Below are positions 1 through 10,155 of a stretch of DNA of 32,000 nt, piece by piece. A program made the translations under genes and the position numbers. The notes beneath the pieces were generated by a model that saw nothing but the letters and a program-made list of their open reading frames with translations, was not told the origin of the DNA and did not search any database. Source of the stretch: Pseudomonas aeruginosa (lineage in GTDB: Bacteria; Pseudomonadota; Gammaproteobacteria; Pseudomonadales; Pseudomonadaceae); contig NZ_LN831024.1 in assembly GCF_001457615.1 (NCBI RefSeq), forward strand, positions 5,400,001 to 5,432,000, given 5' to 3'. Numbering within the stretch: the stretch's first letter is position 1; each line of letters begins with the position of its first letter.

Positions 1-1
1 C

Positions 2-424
2 GAGCTGTTCGACTGCGTCGACCAGCGCTTCGACGATATCCAGTGGATCGAGGAAAGCATGCTCGAGGCCGCCCGCCAGGCCAACGCCACCATCATCACC
101 TCGGCGTTCCACAAGTTCAGCCCGATCGGCATCTCCGGCGTGGTGGTGATCGCCGAATCGCACCTGGCGATCCATACCTGGCCGGAGTACGGCTATGCCG
201 CGGTCGACGTGTTCACCTGCGGCGACGTACTCGATGGCGCCCAGGCCGTGCGCGTGCTCAGCGAACGCCTGGGCAGCCGTCGGCACCTGATCTCGAGCAT
301 GGACCGCGGCCTCGGCGGCCATCGCCTGGGGCTGCTCAGCCGCAGCCTGGCCGGCAATGGCCCGGTCGACGAAGACAGCCCGACCCTGCGCTGGGCGCTG
401 GGCCAGGGCACGGGGGTGGCCTGA
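2..424 (+). CDS. S-adenosylmethionine decarboxylase proenzyme homolog (5'-truncated by window edge)
   Basis: Frame open from base 2; contains the SpeD-like hallmark SHLAIHTWPEYGYAAVDVFTCGD; stop overlaps the start of the next gene. Confidence 0.88.
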   Translation, partial: ELFDCVDQRFDDIQWIEESMLEAARQANATIITSAFHKFSPIGISGVVVIAESHLAIHTWPEYGYAAVDVFTCGDVLDGAQAVRVLSERLGSRRHLISSMDRGLGGHRLGLLSRSLAGNGPVDEDSPTLRWALGQGTGVA

Positions 425-1551
425 TGGATACGCCGATCGAACGCGCCCCGCTGGCTCCCGACCTGAGCCAGGCCCGTTACGCCGTCGACCTCACCGGCCT
501 GGTGCCGGCGGAGGTCGCCGCCGGGCTGCCGCCGCTGCCGCCGAACCACTTCTATTTCTATCCGCCGGACCCGCTGCTGGAAGGCGACGGCGCGATCACC
601 GCGATCGAGGACAGCGACCCCTTCGACCAGTACGTCTACCGCCTGCGCCGGGTGCTCTACCAGGGCCGCACGCGCTGGCAGAACGTGCTGATCGCCGACA
701 CCTACAACTACGACCGCGTGCTGATGCTCGACGGCGCGATCCAGAGCGCCGAGAGCGATGAGTCGCTGTACCACGAGCTGCTGGTGCAGCCGGCCATGCT
801 CGCCCACGACGAGCCGCGCGACGTACTGATCATCGGCGGCGGCGAAGGCGCCACCCTGCGCGAGGTGCTGTCCCATGCCAGCGTGCGGCGGGCGGTGATG
901 GTCGATCTCGACCGGGAGCTGGTGGAACTGTGTCGCGAACACCTGTTCCAGTGGCACCAGGGCGCCTTCGACGACCCACGCTGCGAACTGCTCGCCGAGG
1001 ACGGCCGGGCCTATCTCGAGCGCGACCCGTCGCTCTATGACGTGGTCATCATCGACGTCGTCGACATGCTCGACAACGGCCCGGCCCAGGCTCTCTATAC
1101 CCGCCAGTTCTACGAGCTGCTGCATTCGCGCCTGCGACCGGGCGGGGTGGTCGCGGTGCAGGGGCTGGAGTTCTCCCACAGCGACGACAAGCCCCACGCG
1201 GCCCTCGCCCGCACCCTGCGCAGTGTCTTCTCCCGGGTCCACAGCTACCGCGCCACGGTGCCCTCGTTCCTCTCCTCCTGGGGCTTCCTGCTGGCTTCCG
1301 ACTGGCTCGACACGAACCACTGGCAGGCCGAGGACATCGACCGACGCATCGAACGCAAGCTCGGCCCGCTGTGGCTCGACCACCTCGACGGCGACTACCT
1401 CAAGGCCTGCTTCGTGATGGACCGGGAAACCCGCTTCCTGCTCGCCCAACCGGGACCGGTACTGGAAGACGGCGTACCCTTCGTCGCACCGCCGGATATC
1501 GAGGAGATCGAGTTCGGCCCGGCACAATTGCCGGCCCTGGCGAGGACCTGA
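424..1551 (+). CDS. Spermidine synthase-like protein (polyamine aminopropyltransferase homolog)
   Basis: ATG at 424 overlaps the upstream TGA; motifs VLIIGGGEGATLREVL and YDVVIIDVVDMLDNGPAQALYTRQFYE. Confidence 0.9.
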   Translation: MDTPIERAPLAPDLSQARYAVDLTGLVPAEVAAGLPPLPPNHFYFYPPDPLLEGDGAITAIEDSDPFDQYVYRLRRVLYQGRTRWQNVLIADTYNYDRVLMLDGAIQSAESDESLYHELLVQPAMLAHDEPRDVLIIGGGEGATLREVLSHASVRRAVMVDLDRELVELCREHLFQWHQGAFDDPRCELLAEDGRAYLERDPSLYDVVIIDVVDMLDNGPAQALYTRQFYELLHSRLRPGGVVAVQGLEFSHSDDKPHAALARTLRSVFSRVHSYRATVPSFLSSWGFLLASDWLDTNHWQAEDIDRRIERKLGPLWLDHLDGDYLKACFVMDRETRFLLAQPGPVLEDGVPFVAPPDIEEIEFGPAQLPALART

Positions 1552-1553
1552 AG

Positions 1554-2414
1554 ATGTCCGCCGCTCCCCTGGCCAGCGTACCGCTGGCCGTCAACGGCGC
1601 GCCCTGCCTGCTGCACCGGGTACGCTTCCGCTCCGCCGCGGACAGCGGCGGCCTGCCGCTGCTGGCCACCCTGCGCGATCCGCAGCCGGCGCTGGCCGTC
1701 CTGGCGCAACGCATCGAGCTGAGCGAAGACGCGGAACTGCCGGAGACCGCCGTCGACGACGAGCTGCTGGTGATCTTCGCCAACGCCGGGCTACAGACCG
1801 GGCACGCCTGGCGCCAGCGCCTGGAAGCCTGGATGGCCGCCGGCGAGGACGAGCGCCAGCCGACCCTGGAAGCGCCCTCGTTCGGCGAGCGGGTGCTGTG
1901 GCGCCCCGGCCGCGCGCTGGTCATCGGCAACCCCGAGCGCTGCCGGGAGCTGCTCGAAGGCCTGGCCGTCTTCGCCTGGCACGAAGGTCACCTGCGCCGC
2001 CTGGAAGGCGAGACCGCGGCGGCCTGGGAACCGGCCCAGGCCGATGTCGAACTGACCCAGCTACCGCGCCGTGCCGCCCTGCGGCGCCAGGAACATGTGA
2101 ACCGGCAGGTGCGACGCACTACACTCTGGCGCATGGCCTATGCCCGCCTGGAGTCGCACCTGGAGAAGCCGCCGCTGCAACTGAACGGCGCTGTGCGCCG
2201 GCTCTACAACGAACTGGCCATGCAGGCCGAAGTGCACGATCGCCTGGCGACCCTGGACGACCGCATCGAAGTGCTGCAGGACCTCTACGAACTGGCCGCC
2301 GACCGCCTCGGCGAATACCGCTACTTCCGGGGCGAACTGCGGGTCGAATGGCTGATCGTCGCCATCCTCCTGCTGGAGGCCGGCCTGAGCCTGTGGGAAT
2401 TGTGGAATCACTGA
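1554..2414 (+). CDS. Conserved hypothetical protein with C-terminal hydrophobic segment, between speE-like and pmrA
   Basis: ORF from ATG 1554 (MSAAPLASVPLAV...), C-term EWLIVAILLLEAGLSLWELWNH; tight spacing with neighbours. Confidence 0.75.
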   Translation: MSAAPLASVPLAVNGAPCLLHRVRFRSAADSGGLPLLATLRDPQPALAVLAQRIELSEDAELPETAVDDELLVIFANAGLQTGHAWRQRLEAWMAAGEDERQPTLEAPSFGERVLWRPGRALVIGNPERCRELLEGLAVFAWHEGHLRRLEGETAAAWEPAQADVELTQLPRRAALRRQEHVNRQVRRTTLWRMAYARLESHLEKPPLQLNGAVRRLYNELAMQAEVHDRLATLDDRIEVLQDLYELAADRLGEYRYFRGELRVEWLIVAILLLEAGLSLWELWNH

Positions 2415-2426
2415 AACGAGGCTGCC

Positions 2427-3092
2427 ATGAGAATACTGCTGGCCGAGGACGACCTGCTGCTCGGCGACGGCATCCGCGCCGGGCTGCGCCTGGAAGGCGA
2501 TACCGTGGAATGGGTGACCGACGGCGTGGCCGCGGAGAACGCGCTGGTCACCGACGAGTTCGACCTGCTGGTGCTCGACATCGGACTGCCGCGCCGCAGC
2601 GGCCTGGACATCCTGCGTAACCTGCGCCACCAGGGCCGGCTCACCCCGGTGCTGCTGCTCACCGCGCGGGACAAGGTGGCCGACCGGGTCGCCGGGCTCG
2701 ACAGCGGTGCCGACGACTACCTGACCAAGCCCTTCGATCTCGACGAACTGCAGGCACGGGTGCGCGCCCTGACCCGCCGCACCACCGGTCGCGCCCTGCC
2801 GCAACTGGTGCACGGCGAGCTGCGCCTGGACCCGGCGACCCACCAAGTGACCCTGTCCGGCCAGGCGGTGGAACTGGCGCCGCGCGAATACGCGCTGCTG
2901 CGCCTGCTGCTGGAGAACAGCGGCAAGGTGCTCTCGCGCAACCAACTGGAGCAGAGCCTCTACGGCTGGAGCGGCGACGTCGAGAGCAACGCCATCGAGG
3001 TCCATGTCCATCACCTGCGGCGCAAGCTCGGCAACCAGTTGATCCGCACCGTCCGCGGCATCGGCTACGGCATCGACCAGCCGGCGCCCTGA
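2427..3092 (+). CDS. pmrA: Two-component response regulator PmrA
   Basis: OmpR-family receiver (MRILLAEDDLLLGDG, VLDIGLPRRSG, LLTARDKVADRVAGLDSGADDYLTKPF) and winged-helix C-terminus; directly upstream of pmrB. Confidence 0.95.
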   Translation: MRILLAEDDLLLGDGIRAGLRLEGDTVEWVTDGVAAENALVTDEFDLLVLDIGLPRRSGLDILRNLRHQGRLTPVLLLTARDKVADRVAGLDSGADDYLTKPFDLDELQARVRALTRRTTGRALPQLVHGELRLDPATHQVTLSGQAVELAPREYALLRLLLENSGKVLSRNQLEQSLYGWSGDVESNAIEVHVHHLRRKLGNQLIRTVRGIGYGIDQPAP

Positions 3093-3115
3093 AAACCGCC
3101 TACCGGAGTCCCCCG

Positions 3116-4549
3116 ATGTCCCGTGCCGCCGTCCCCTCCGTCCGCCGGCGCCTGCTGGTCAACCTGCTGGTCGGCTTCGTGCTGTGCTGGCTGAGCGTGG
3201 CGGCGCTGACCTACCACCTCTCGCTGAAGCAGGTGAACCGCCTGTTCGACGACGACATGGTGGACTTCGGCGAAGCCGCCCTGCGCCTGCTCGACCTTGC
3301 CACCGAAGACCAGGCCGGCGAGGACGGCTCCATCACCGAGATCATCGAACGCAGCCGCGAAGCGATCCAGGGTCTGCCCCTGCTGCGCCGCGAAAGCGCC
3401 CTCGGCTACGCCCTGTGGCGCGACGGCCAGCCGCTGCTGTCGAGCCTCAACCTGCCGCCGGAGATCACGGCCCAGGGCCCCGGCTTCAGCACCGTGGAAG
3501 CCCAGGGCACCCACTGGCGGGTGCTCCAGCTGAATATCGACGGCTTCCAGATCTGGATCAGCGAAAACCTGATCTACCGCCAGCACACCATGAACCTGCT
3601 GCTGTTCTACTCGCTGTTCCCGCTGCTGCTGGCGCTGCCGTTGCTCGGCGGCCTGGTCTGGTTCGGCGTTGCCCGCGGCCTGGCGCCGCTACGCGAAGTG
3701 CAGGCCGAGGTCCAGCAGCGCTCCGCGCGACACCTGCAGCCGATCGCGGTGGAGGCGGTGCCGCTGGAGATCCGCGGCCTCATCGACGAACTCAACCTCC
3801 TGCTGGAGCGTCTGCGCACCGCCCTCGAGGCCGAACGCCGACTGACCAGCGACGCCGCCCATGAGATCCGCACGCCACTGGCCAGCCTGCGCACCCATGC
3901 CCAGGTCGCGCTGCGTTCGGAAGACCCCAAGGCCCACGCCCGCGGCCTGCTGCAAGTCAGTCGCAGCGTCGAGCGGATCAGCACCTTGATGGAGCAGATC
4001 CTGCTCCTCGCCCGCCTCGACGGCGACGCCCTGCTGGAGCAATTCCACCCGGTCAACCTCGCCACCCTGGCCGAAGACGTACTCTCCGAACTGGCGCGCC
4101 AGGCCATCGACAAGGACATCGAGCTGTCGTTGCACCAGGAGACCGTGCACGTGATGGGCATCGACCTGTGGCTGAAGGCGATGGTCGGCAACCTGGTGGG
4201 CAACGCCCTGCGCTACACACCGGCCGGGGGCCAGGTCGAGATCCGCGTCGAGAATCGCGCCCAGCACGCCGTGCTGCGGGTGCGCGACAACGGCCCCGGG
4301 GTCGCCCTGGAAGAGCAGCAGGCGATCTTCACCCGCTTCTACCGCAGCCCCGCCACCAGCAGCGGCGAGGGCAGCGGCCTGGGCCTGCCGATCGTCAAGC
4401 GCATCGTCGAACTGCACTTCGGCAGTATCGGCCTGGGCAAGGGACTGGAGGGCAAAGGTCTGGAAGTGCAGGTGTTCCTGCCGAAGACCCAGCCGGACGC
4501 GACGCGGCCGCCGGCCAGAGGTCCGGACAGCGGGCGGTCACATATCTGA
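3116..4549 (+). CDS. pmrB: Sensor histidine kinase PmrB
   Basis: 477 aa, two TM segments, H-box SDAAHEIRTPLASLRTHAQVAL, ATPase motifs GNLVGNALRYTPAGG and GSGLGLPIVKRI. Confidence 0.95.
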   Translation: MSRAAVPSVRRRLLVNLLVGFVLCWLSVAALTYHLSLKQVNRLFDDDMVDFGEAALRLLDLATEDQAGEDGSITEIIERSREAIQGLPLLRRESALGYALWRDGQPLLSSLNLPPEITAQGPGFSTVEAQGTHWRVLQLNIDGFQIWISENLIYRQHTMNLLLFYSLFPLLLALPLLGGLVWFGVARGLAPLREVQAEVQQRSARHLQPIAVEAVPLEIRGLIDELNLLLERLRTALEAERRLTSDAAHEIRTPLASLRTHAQVALRSEDPKAHARGLLQVSRSVERISTLMEQILLLARLDGDALLEQFHPVNLATLAEDVLSELARQAIDKDIELSLHQETVHVMGIDLWLKAMVGNLVGNALRYTPAGGQVEIRVENRAQHAVLRVRDNGPGVALEEQQAIFTRFYRSPATSSGEGSGLGLPIVKRIVELHFGSIGLGKGLEGKGLEVQVFLPKTQPDATRPPARGPDSGRSHI

Positions 4550-4612
4550 TAGCCTGCGCATTGGCCGGGAAAGGGATAGGCTAGCGGCTTCGCAACCTCC
4601 CAGGAGACCCGG

Positions 4613-5011
4613 ATGAACATCGGTGAAGCGGCGAAGAAAAGCGGACTGACGCCGAAGATGATCCGTTACTACGAGTCCATCGAGCTGCTCCGCCCAGCCG
4701 GACGCAGCGCCAGCGGCTACCGCCACTACAACGAGAACGACCTGCATACCCTGGCGTTCATCCGCCGTTCGCGGGACCTCGGTTTCTCCCTCGACGAAGT
4801 CGGCAAGCTGCTCACCCTCTGGCAGGATCGCCAGCGTGCCAGTGCCGACGTCAAGGCCCTGGCAGCGCAGCACGTGCGCGAGCTGAATCGCAAGATCGAG
4901 GAGCTCAGCACCCTGCGCGACACCCTGCAGGACCTGGTCGAGCACTGCCAGGGCGACCACCGCCCCGACTGCCCGATCCTCAAGGACCTGGCGTCTGGCT
5001 GCTGCCACTGA
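4613..5011 (+). CDS. cueR: Cu(I)-responsive MerR-family regulator CueR
   Basis: MerR N-terminus MNIGEAAKKSGLTPKMIRYYESIELLRPAGRSASGYRHY; C-terminal CQGDHRPDCPILKDLASGCCH. Confidence 0.92.
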   Translation: MNIGEAAKKSGLTPKMIRYYESIELLRPAGRSASGYRHYNENDLHTLAFIRRSRDLGFSLDEVGKLLTLWQDRQRASADVKALAAQHVRELNRKIEELSTLRDTLQDLVEHCQGDHRPDCPILKDLASGCCH

Positions 5012-5546
5012 TATCCAGCAACGGCCAGCGCGCCGTCCAGTTCTTCTCCCGCAGGCGCCGCCGGTAGACCTCCGGCTTGCCGGCGAAATGCGCGGTGGGC
5101 CGCACCTTCAGCGCCAGCAGGTCGTCGACGCCCAGCGGTGCCAGTAGCTCCAGGCGTTCGCCGACGAGCCGCAGCGCCACCGCCGTGCACGTTTCCGCCC
5201 AGTGGCACAGCGCATCGGCGCAATCCCGGTAGGGCCGGTCGCCGTTGCGCAGGTGCATGCGCGCCTGGTTCTTCACCGACCAGGGTGCCTCGCAGCGACG
5301 GCGCAACGCGGCCTCGAAGTCGGCGTCGGCCTGCGGGTCGAGGGCCCGCGGGGCGAAATGAAGTACGTCGATGTCCGCCAGCGGCGTGGCTTCGCCGTAG
5401 CCATGCAGATGGTCCCATACCGCGTTGCGCACGAAGCCGGCGCCGATCCAGGCGCCCTCCGGGCCGACCTCGCGCAGCACGCGGAGCAGATGCAGGCGCG
5501 AGGAATCGGCGGCGATCAGCGCGAGGATGTCTTCCGCCGTTTTCAT
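4980..5546 (-). CDS. Nucleotidyltransferase family protein
   Basis: MKTAEDILALIAADSSRLHLLRVL...WIGAGFVRNAVWDHLHG...PLADIDVLHF; 3' end convergent with and slightly overlapping cueR; start overlaps the adjacent transporter stop. Confidence 0.75.
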   Translation of the reverse strand: MKTAEDILALIAADSSRLHLLRVLREVGPEGAWIGAGFVRNAVWDHLHGYGEATPLADIDVLHFAPRALDPQADADFEAALRRRCEAPWSVKNQARMHLRNGDRPYRDCADALCHWAETCTAVALRLVGERLELLAPLGVDDLLALKVRPTAHFAGKPEVYRRRLREKNWTARWPLLDISGSSQTPGP

Positions 5547-6436
5547 CCCAACCGCCGCACCGGCCAGGCGAAGCGTCGCAGCAGGCTGGCCGGCAACAGG
5601 GTGATGGCCAGCCCGACGAACACCAGCGCGCAGGCCAGCAGGCTGTCCAGGTCGAGGCGTTCGCCGAGCAGCAGCCAGCCGGCGAGCATGCCCGACACCG
5701 GCACAGCCAGGGCGAACGGGGTCACCAGGCTGGCCGGGTAGTGGCGCAGGAGGAAACTCCAGATGGCGAAGCCCACCGTGGTCGCGCCGAAGGCGATGTA
5801 GAGCAGCGCGCCGAAGCCGCCCCAGCTCATGTTCAGCACGGCGCGCTCGATGGCTTGCGGACCTTCGAATAGATAGGAAAGCGCCAGCAGCGGCAACGGC
5901 GGGACCAGGCTGACCCAGCAGATCAGGCGCAGCATGTCGGTGGCCCCGGAACGCTTGGTGGCGATATTGGCGAAGGACCAGGCCAGCGCTGCGGCGACCA
6001 CCAGCAGGAATGCCAGCAGGCTGTCTCCCAGCGGCCGTTCCAGGCCGATCAGGACCAGCCCCGCCGCCGCCAGCAGGAGGCCGAACAACCCGCGCGGCGT
6101 CGGCCGCTCGCCCAGCCACAGGGCGGCGATGAGGATGGTGAAGAATACCTGGCTCTGCAGCACCAGCGACGACAGCCCGGCCGGCATGCCCTGGGCCATG
6201 CCGACGAACAGCAGGCCGAACTTGACCACCCCGAGGAGCACGCCGATCAGCAGGATGCGTCCGAACGGCGCCGGCATCGGCCCGCGCAGGACCAGCAGCG
6301 GCAGCGCCGCCAGGGCGAAGCGCAGGGCGCAGAACAGCAGCGGCGGGAAGTCGCCGAGGCCGACCTTGATCACGACGAAGTTCAGACCCCAGATCAGGGT
6401 CACCAGCAGGGCGAGCAGGATATGTGCAACAGGCAT
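5543..6436 (-). CDS. EamA/DMT-family transporter
   Basis: 297 aa, about ten hydrophobic segments, duplicated EamA architecture (TLIWGLNFVVIKVGLGDFPP; LLLGERLDLDSLLACALVFVGLAI). Confidence 0.88.
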   Translation of the reverse strand: MPVAHILLALLVTLIWGLNFVVIKVGLGDFPPLLFCALRFALAALPLLVLRGPMPAPFGRILLIGVLLGVVKFGLLFVGMAQGMPAGLSSLVLQSQVFFTILIAALWLGERPTPRGLFGLLLAAAGLVLIGLERPLGDSLLAFLLVVAAALAWSFANIATKRSGATDMLRLICWVSLVPPLPLLALSYLFEGPQAIERAVLNMSWGGFGALLYIAFGATTVGFAIWSFLLRHYPASLVTPFALAVPVSGMLAGWLLLGERLDLDSLLACALVFVGLAITLLPASLLRRFAWPVRRLG

Positions 6437-6525
6437 GGCGGCCTCCGGAAAACTTCAGGCCACGCTAGCAGTTGCGTGCGCAAGGGTCGCGATACAGTTG
6501 GCGGGAAAAAACATCCGCCAGCCGC

Positions 6526-7419
6526 TCACTGCAACCAGGGCGGCGGCGGTTCCTCGCGCTCGCCACGCGGCGCGTCGTCGGCCTGGCGCAGCGCCTGGCG
6601 ACGCGCCTCCTCGCGCTGCGCGGCCTCGATCTCGCGGAGCACCGCGCGCACGTCGGCGGCCTCTTCGGCTTCGACGAAGGTGCCGCTGAGCGGGGTTTCC
6701 GCTGTCAGCTCGCCGGCTTCGTAGAGCGCCCACATTTCCTTGGCATAGCGGGTCTGCCTGAGTTCCGGGGCGAAGCGGCCGAAGTAGGCGGCCATGTTGC
6801 CGACGTCGCGTTCGAGCATGCTGAACGCATGGTTGTTGCCGGCCGCGTCGACCGCCTGCGGCAAGTCGATGATCACCGGGCCGTCCGGACCGAGCAGGAC
6901 GTTGAACTCGGAGAGGTCGCCGTGCACCAGGCCGGCGCAGAGCATGGCGACGATCTGGCGGATCAGGAAAGCGTGGTGGCGCCGTGCCTCGTCGGGCTCC
7001 AGCGTCACGTCGTTGAGACGCGGCGCAGCATCGCCGTCGGCGTCCGCCACCAGTTCCATCAGCAACACGCCATCGAGGAAATCATAGGGCTTCGGCACCC
7101 GCACACCGGCCCCGGCGAGACGGAACAGGGCCGCCACTTCGGCATTCTGCCAGGCTTCCTCCTGTTCGCGGCGGCCATACTTCGAGCCCTTGGCCATGGC
7201 CCGCGCCTGGCGGCTGTTGCGGACCTTGCGGCCCTCCTGGTACTCGGCGGCCTGGCGGAAGCTGCGCTTGTTGGCTTCCTTGTAGACCTTGGCGCAACGC
7301 AGGCTGTCGCCGCAACGCACCACATAGACCGAGGCTTCCTTGCCGCTCATCAGCGGGCGCACGACCTCGTCGATCAGACCGTCTTCGATCAACGGTTCCA
7401 GGCGTCTGGGTGTCTTCAT
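6526..7419 (-). CDS. RIO1-type (PA4780-like) serine kinase-like protein
   Basis: SGKEASVYVVRCGDSLRCAKVYKE, VHGDLSEFNVLLGPDGPVIIDLPQAVD kinase signatures; start taken at the internal MKTPRRLEPL. Confidence 0.85.
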   Translation of the reverse strand: MKTPRRLEPLIEDGLIDEVVRPLMSGKEASVYVVRCGDSLRCAKVYKEANKRSFRQAAEYQEGRKVRNSRQARAMAKGSKYGRREQEEAWQNAEVAALFRLAGAGVRVPKPYDFLDGVLLMELVADADGDAAPRLNDVTLEPDEARRHHAFLIRQIVAMLCAGLVHGDLSEFNVLLGPDGPVIIDLPQAVDAAGNNHAFSMLERDVGNMAAYFGRFAPELRQTRYAKEMWALYEAGELTAETPLSGTFVEAEEAADVRAVLREIEAAQREEARRQALRQADDAPRGEREEPPPPWLQ

Positions 7420-7542
7420 CGGTGCTACGCGGTTCCTCGGGGCCAATGTGTAAGGCAAAGGGTCTGACGTTATACGGCAAACGCCGTGCCGAGCACAGCC
7501 GGACGCGCCGGCTTTCCGCCGGACTGCGCACCGATCGGCGTA

Positions 7543-8724
7543 CTAGGCCGGTGGCGCGGTGAGTTCGATGCTTTCCGCCACCGCCTGTTCCAGCCGCTGC
7601 ATCTCCACGTCCAGCGCCTCGGCGCTGTCGGCGTAGCGCCGGGCAACCTCGGCGAAAGCGTCGGCCACGGCGACGAAGGCCTCCACCAGCCGTGGGTCGA
7701 ATTCACTGCCGGCGCCGGCCTGGATCAGCAGCACCGCCTCGGCATGCGCCAGCGGCGGCCGGTAGGCGTGCCGGCTGGTCAGTTCATCGTAGCGGTCGGC
7801 CAGGGCGACGATCCGCGCCGCCAGGGGAATCCGCTCGCCCGCAAGGCCTTCCGGAAAGCCCCGGCCATCCCAGCGTTCGTGATGACTGTAGGCGATCTGC
7901 CGGGCGAAGCGGAGGAATCCGGAAGGCTGGCCGAGCCGCCGCTCGGCGCTGGCCAGGGCGTCGCGCCCGGCGCGGGTATGGCCCTGTAGCAGGGCGGTGT
8001 CGGCGGCGTCCAGTTGCCCGGGGTTGAGCAGGACCCGGTCGGGCACCGCGACCTTGCCGATGTCATGCAACAGCGCCGACTTGCTCAGCAGGTCGACAGC
8101 CTCCGGAGTCAGCTCGTCGGCGAACGCCCGCTGCGCCGCCAGGTGCTCGGCGAGCAGCCTGACATAGCGCTCGATACGCGGAAGATGGCGGCTGCGCGGG
8201 TTGTCGCGAAGATCGCCAAGGGTCGCCAGGGCTTCGATGACGGCGTCCTGCAACTGTTGCAGCTGGCGCGTGCGACGGCGCACTTCGAGTTCCAGGTATT
8301 CGCTCTTGTCGCGCAGGAAATCGGCATTGGCCTTCAATTGCAGATGGGTACGCACCCGCGCCAGGACGATCGGCGGGCTCACCGGCTTGCCCAGGTAATC
8401 CACCGCGCCCAGGGCCAGGCCCTGTTGCTCGTCGTCGCGATCGGCGCGGGCAGTGAGGAACATCAACGGGATGTCGCGGGTCAGCGGATCGGCCTTGAGC
8501 CGTCGGCAGACCTCGTAGCCGTCCATGCCCGGCATGTTCACATCGAGCAGGATCAGGTCCGGGCGCGGCTCTTCGACGGCCGCCCGCAGCCCGGCCGGGC
8601 CGCTGCCGGCGGTGCGCACGCGGTACTGCTCCTCGAGCAGCTCGCGCATCAGCAGCAGGTTGTCCGGGGTGTCGTCCACCACCAGCACGAGTTCCTGCTC
8701 GGGCCTGTCCAGCATGCTCTCCAT
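7543..8724 (-). CDS. CheY-like receiver plus HD-GYP-type domain response regulator
   Basis: Receiver [15 protein letters not shown]...[17 protein letters not shown]; [10 protein letters not shown] and [15 protein letters not shown] (degenerate GYP) motifs. Confidence 0.92.
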
Positions 8725-8831
8725 CGCCCCTCCGGCCTTCGCTACGGGGCCGCCTGGCGGCGACCGTCACTCCGTATTGAAGACGCTGGAGACGACTTCT
8801 GCACGTCCGGTCAGGCGCCCGGGGCGACCGT

Positions 8832-9029
8832 TCAGGGCGTCAGGCGGAAACGCAGTGGCGAATCCTCGGCCTCGGCGCCGTTCTCGCTCTCGCCGAAGGC
8901 CCGGCGCTCGATGGGGTCCTGGCCGAAATACTCCTTGATCGGCGACTCGATGGCCTTGCCGCCGGGGCTCACGTGACTGGCGCAACCGCCAAGGAACACC
9001 AGGACCACACCGATGACCAGCGCTTTCAT
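8832..9029 (-). CDS. Small lipoprotein
   Basis: 65 aa, MKALVIGVVLVFLGGCASHVS lipobox. Confidence 0.7.
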   Translation of the reverse strand: MKALVIGVVLVFLGGCASHVSPGGKAIESPIKEYFGQDPIERRAFGESENGAEAEDSPLRFRLTP

Positions 9030-9110
9030 CTTCGTACCCCCGTCAGCCCGGCCCATCCGGGCGCTGCGCCGCAGCATGGCGCAGCCCGCCTTAGGGATCG
9101 CTTAAGGCAT

Positions 9111-10040
9111 TCAGGCGGCGGCGCGGCTGGCGCGCCACTGGGGCAGGCCGATGAGCACCACGGCGCTGATGATCACCAGCATCGCCAGCCCCTCGATACC
9201 GCCGATCCGCTCGCCGGCGAACAGGGTGCCGAGCAACACCGCCACCGCCGGATTGACGTAGGCATAGCTGGTGGCCGCCGCCGGCCGTACGTTGCGCAGC
9301 AGGTACTGGTAGGCGCTGAAGGCGATGATCGAGCCGAACAGGATCAGGTACACCAGCGCCAGCCAGCCGCTGGTGCTCGGCCAATGCTCCAGGCGCTCGC
9401 CGCTGGCCAGGCTGCCGACCAGCAGCACCGCGCCGCCGACCAGCATTTCCGCGGCGCTGGCCATCGGTCCGGCCGGCAGCGACAGGCGCCGGCTCCACAC
9501 CGAGCCGAAGGCCCAGGACGCGGCGGCGAACAGGATCAGGCCGGCGCCGGCAGGGCTGGCCTGGAGGTTCGAACCGAGGTTGAGCAGGACGATGCCGAAC
9601 AGCCCGAGCACGATGCCGCCCCATTCCAGGGTGGTGTTGCGCTGGCCGAACAACTGGCTGAACAGCAGGGTGAACAGCGGCACCGTAGCCACCGCGAGGG
9701 CCGCCACCCCGGAAGACACGCCCCAGTGCTCGGCCACCGTCACCCCGCCGTTGCCGCAACTGAGCAGGAGGATTCCGACGACCCCCGCGCCGCGCCACTC
9801 GCGCCAGGTCGGCAACGGCGCGCCGCGCCAGCGCAACCAGGCGAACATCAGGCCGCCGGCGATGACGAAGCGCACCCCGGCCATCAGCATCGGAGGCCAG
9901 GACTCGACGCCGAAGCGGATCGCCAGGTAAGTGGAGCCCCAGATGAAGTACAGGGCGAAGAACGCACCGAAAAGCAACAGCGGAAGGCGACGGGCAGGCA
10001 TGGAAAGCACTCGACAGGGCAGGCGGGAGAAAGACTTCAT
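9111..10040 (-). CDS. EamA/DMT-family transporter (start could be the internal ATG at 10001)
   Basis: FFALYFIWGSTYLAIRFGVESWPPMLMAG; second half repeats the EamA fold. Confidence 0.88.
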   Translation of the reverse strand: MKSFSRLPCRVLSMPARRLPLLLFGAFFALYFIWGSTYLAIRFGVESWPPMLMAGVRFVIAGGLMFAWLRWRGAPLPTWREWRGAGVVGILLLSCGNGGVTVAEHWGVSSGVAALAVATVPLFTLLFSQLFGQRNTTLEWGGIVLGLFGIVLLNLGSNLQASPAGAGLILFAAASWAFGSVWSRRLSLPAGPMASAAEMLVGGAVLLVGSLASGERLEHWPSTSGWLALVYLILFGSIIAFSAYQYLLRNVRPAAATSYAYVNPAVAVLLGTLFAGERIGGIEGLAMLVIISAVVLIGLPQWRASRAAA

Positions 10041-10155
10041 TTTATGAGGTCGCTACCCGCCGGTTAAGGCACAGCCGCTGGTTATCGGGACGTAACACTT
10101 TTCTTTCCATGGAAATCGGCCATGCTTTCCGTCGATTCGACAACCGGGATCCATC

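Noticed and set aside
193-1527. 444-aa minus-strand ORF opposite the spermidine synthase
   Set aside because: Shadow frame of high-GC coding DNA; the plus-strand frame has clear family motifs.
6472-7467. 331-aa plus-strand ORF over the RIO kinase
   Set aside because: Antisense shadow; low-complexity, no motif, whereas the opposite strand encodes recognisable kinase motifs.
8973-10067. 364-aa plus-strand ORF over the DMT transporter
   Set aside because: Antisense shadow, His/Gln/Gly-biased; the minus-strand transporter is convincing.
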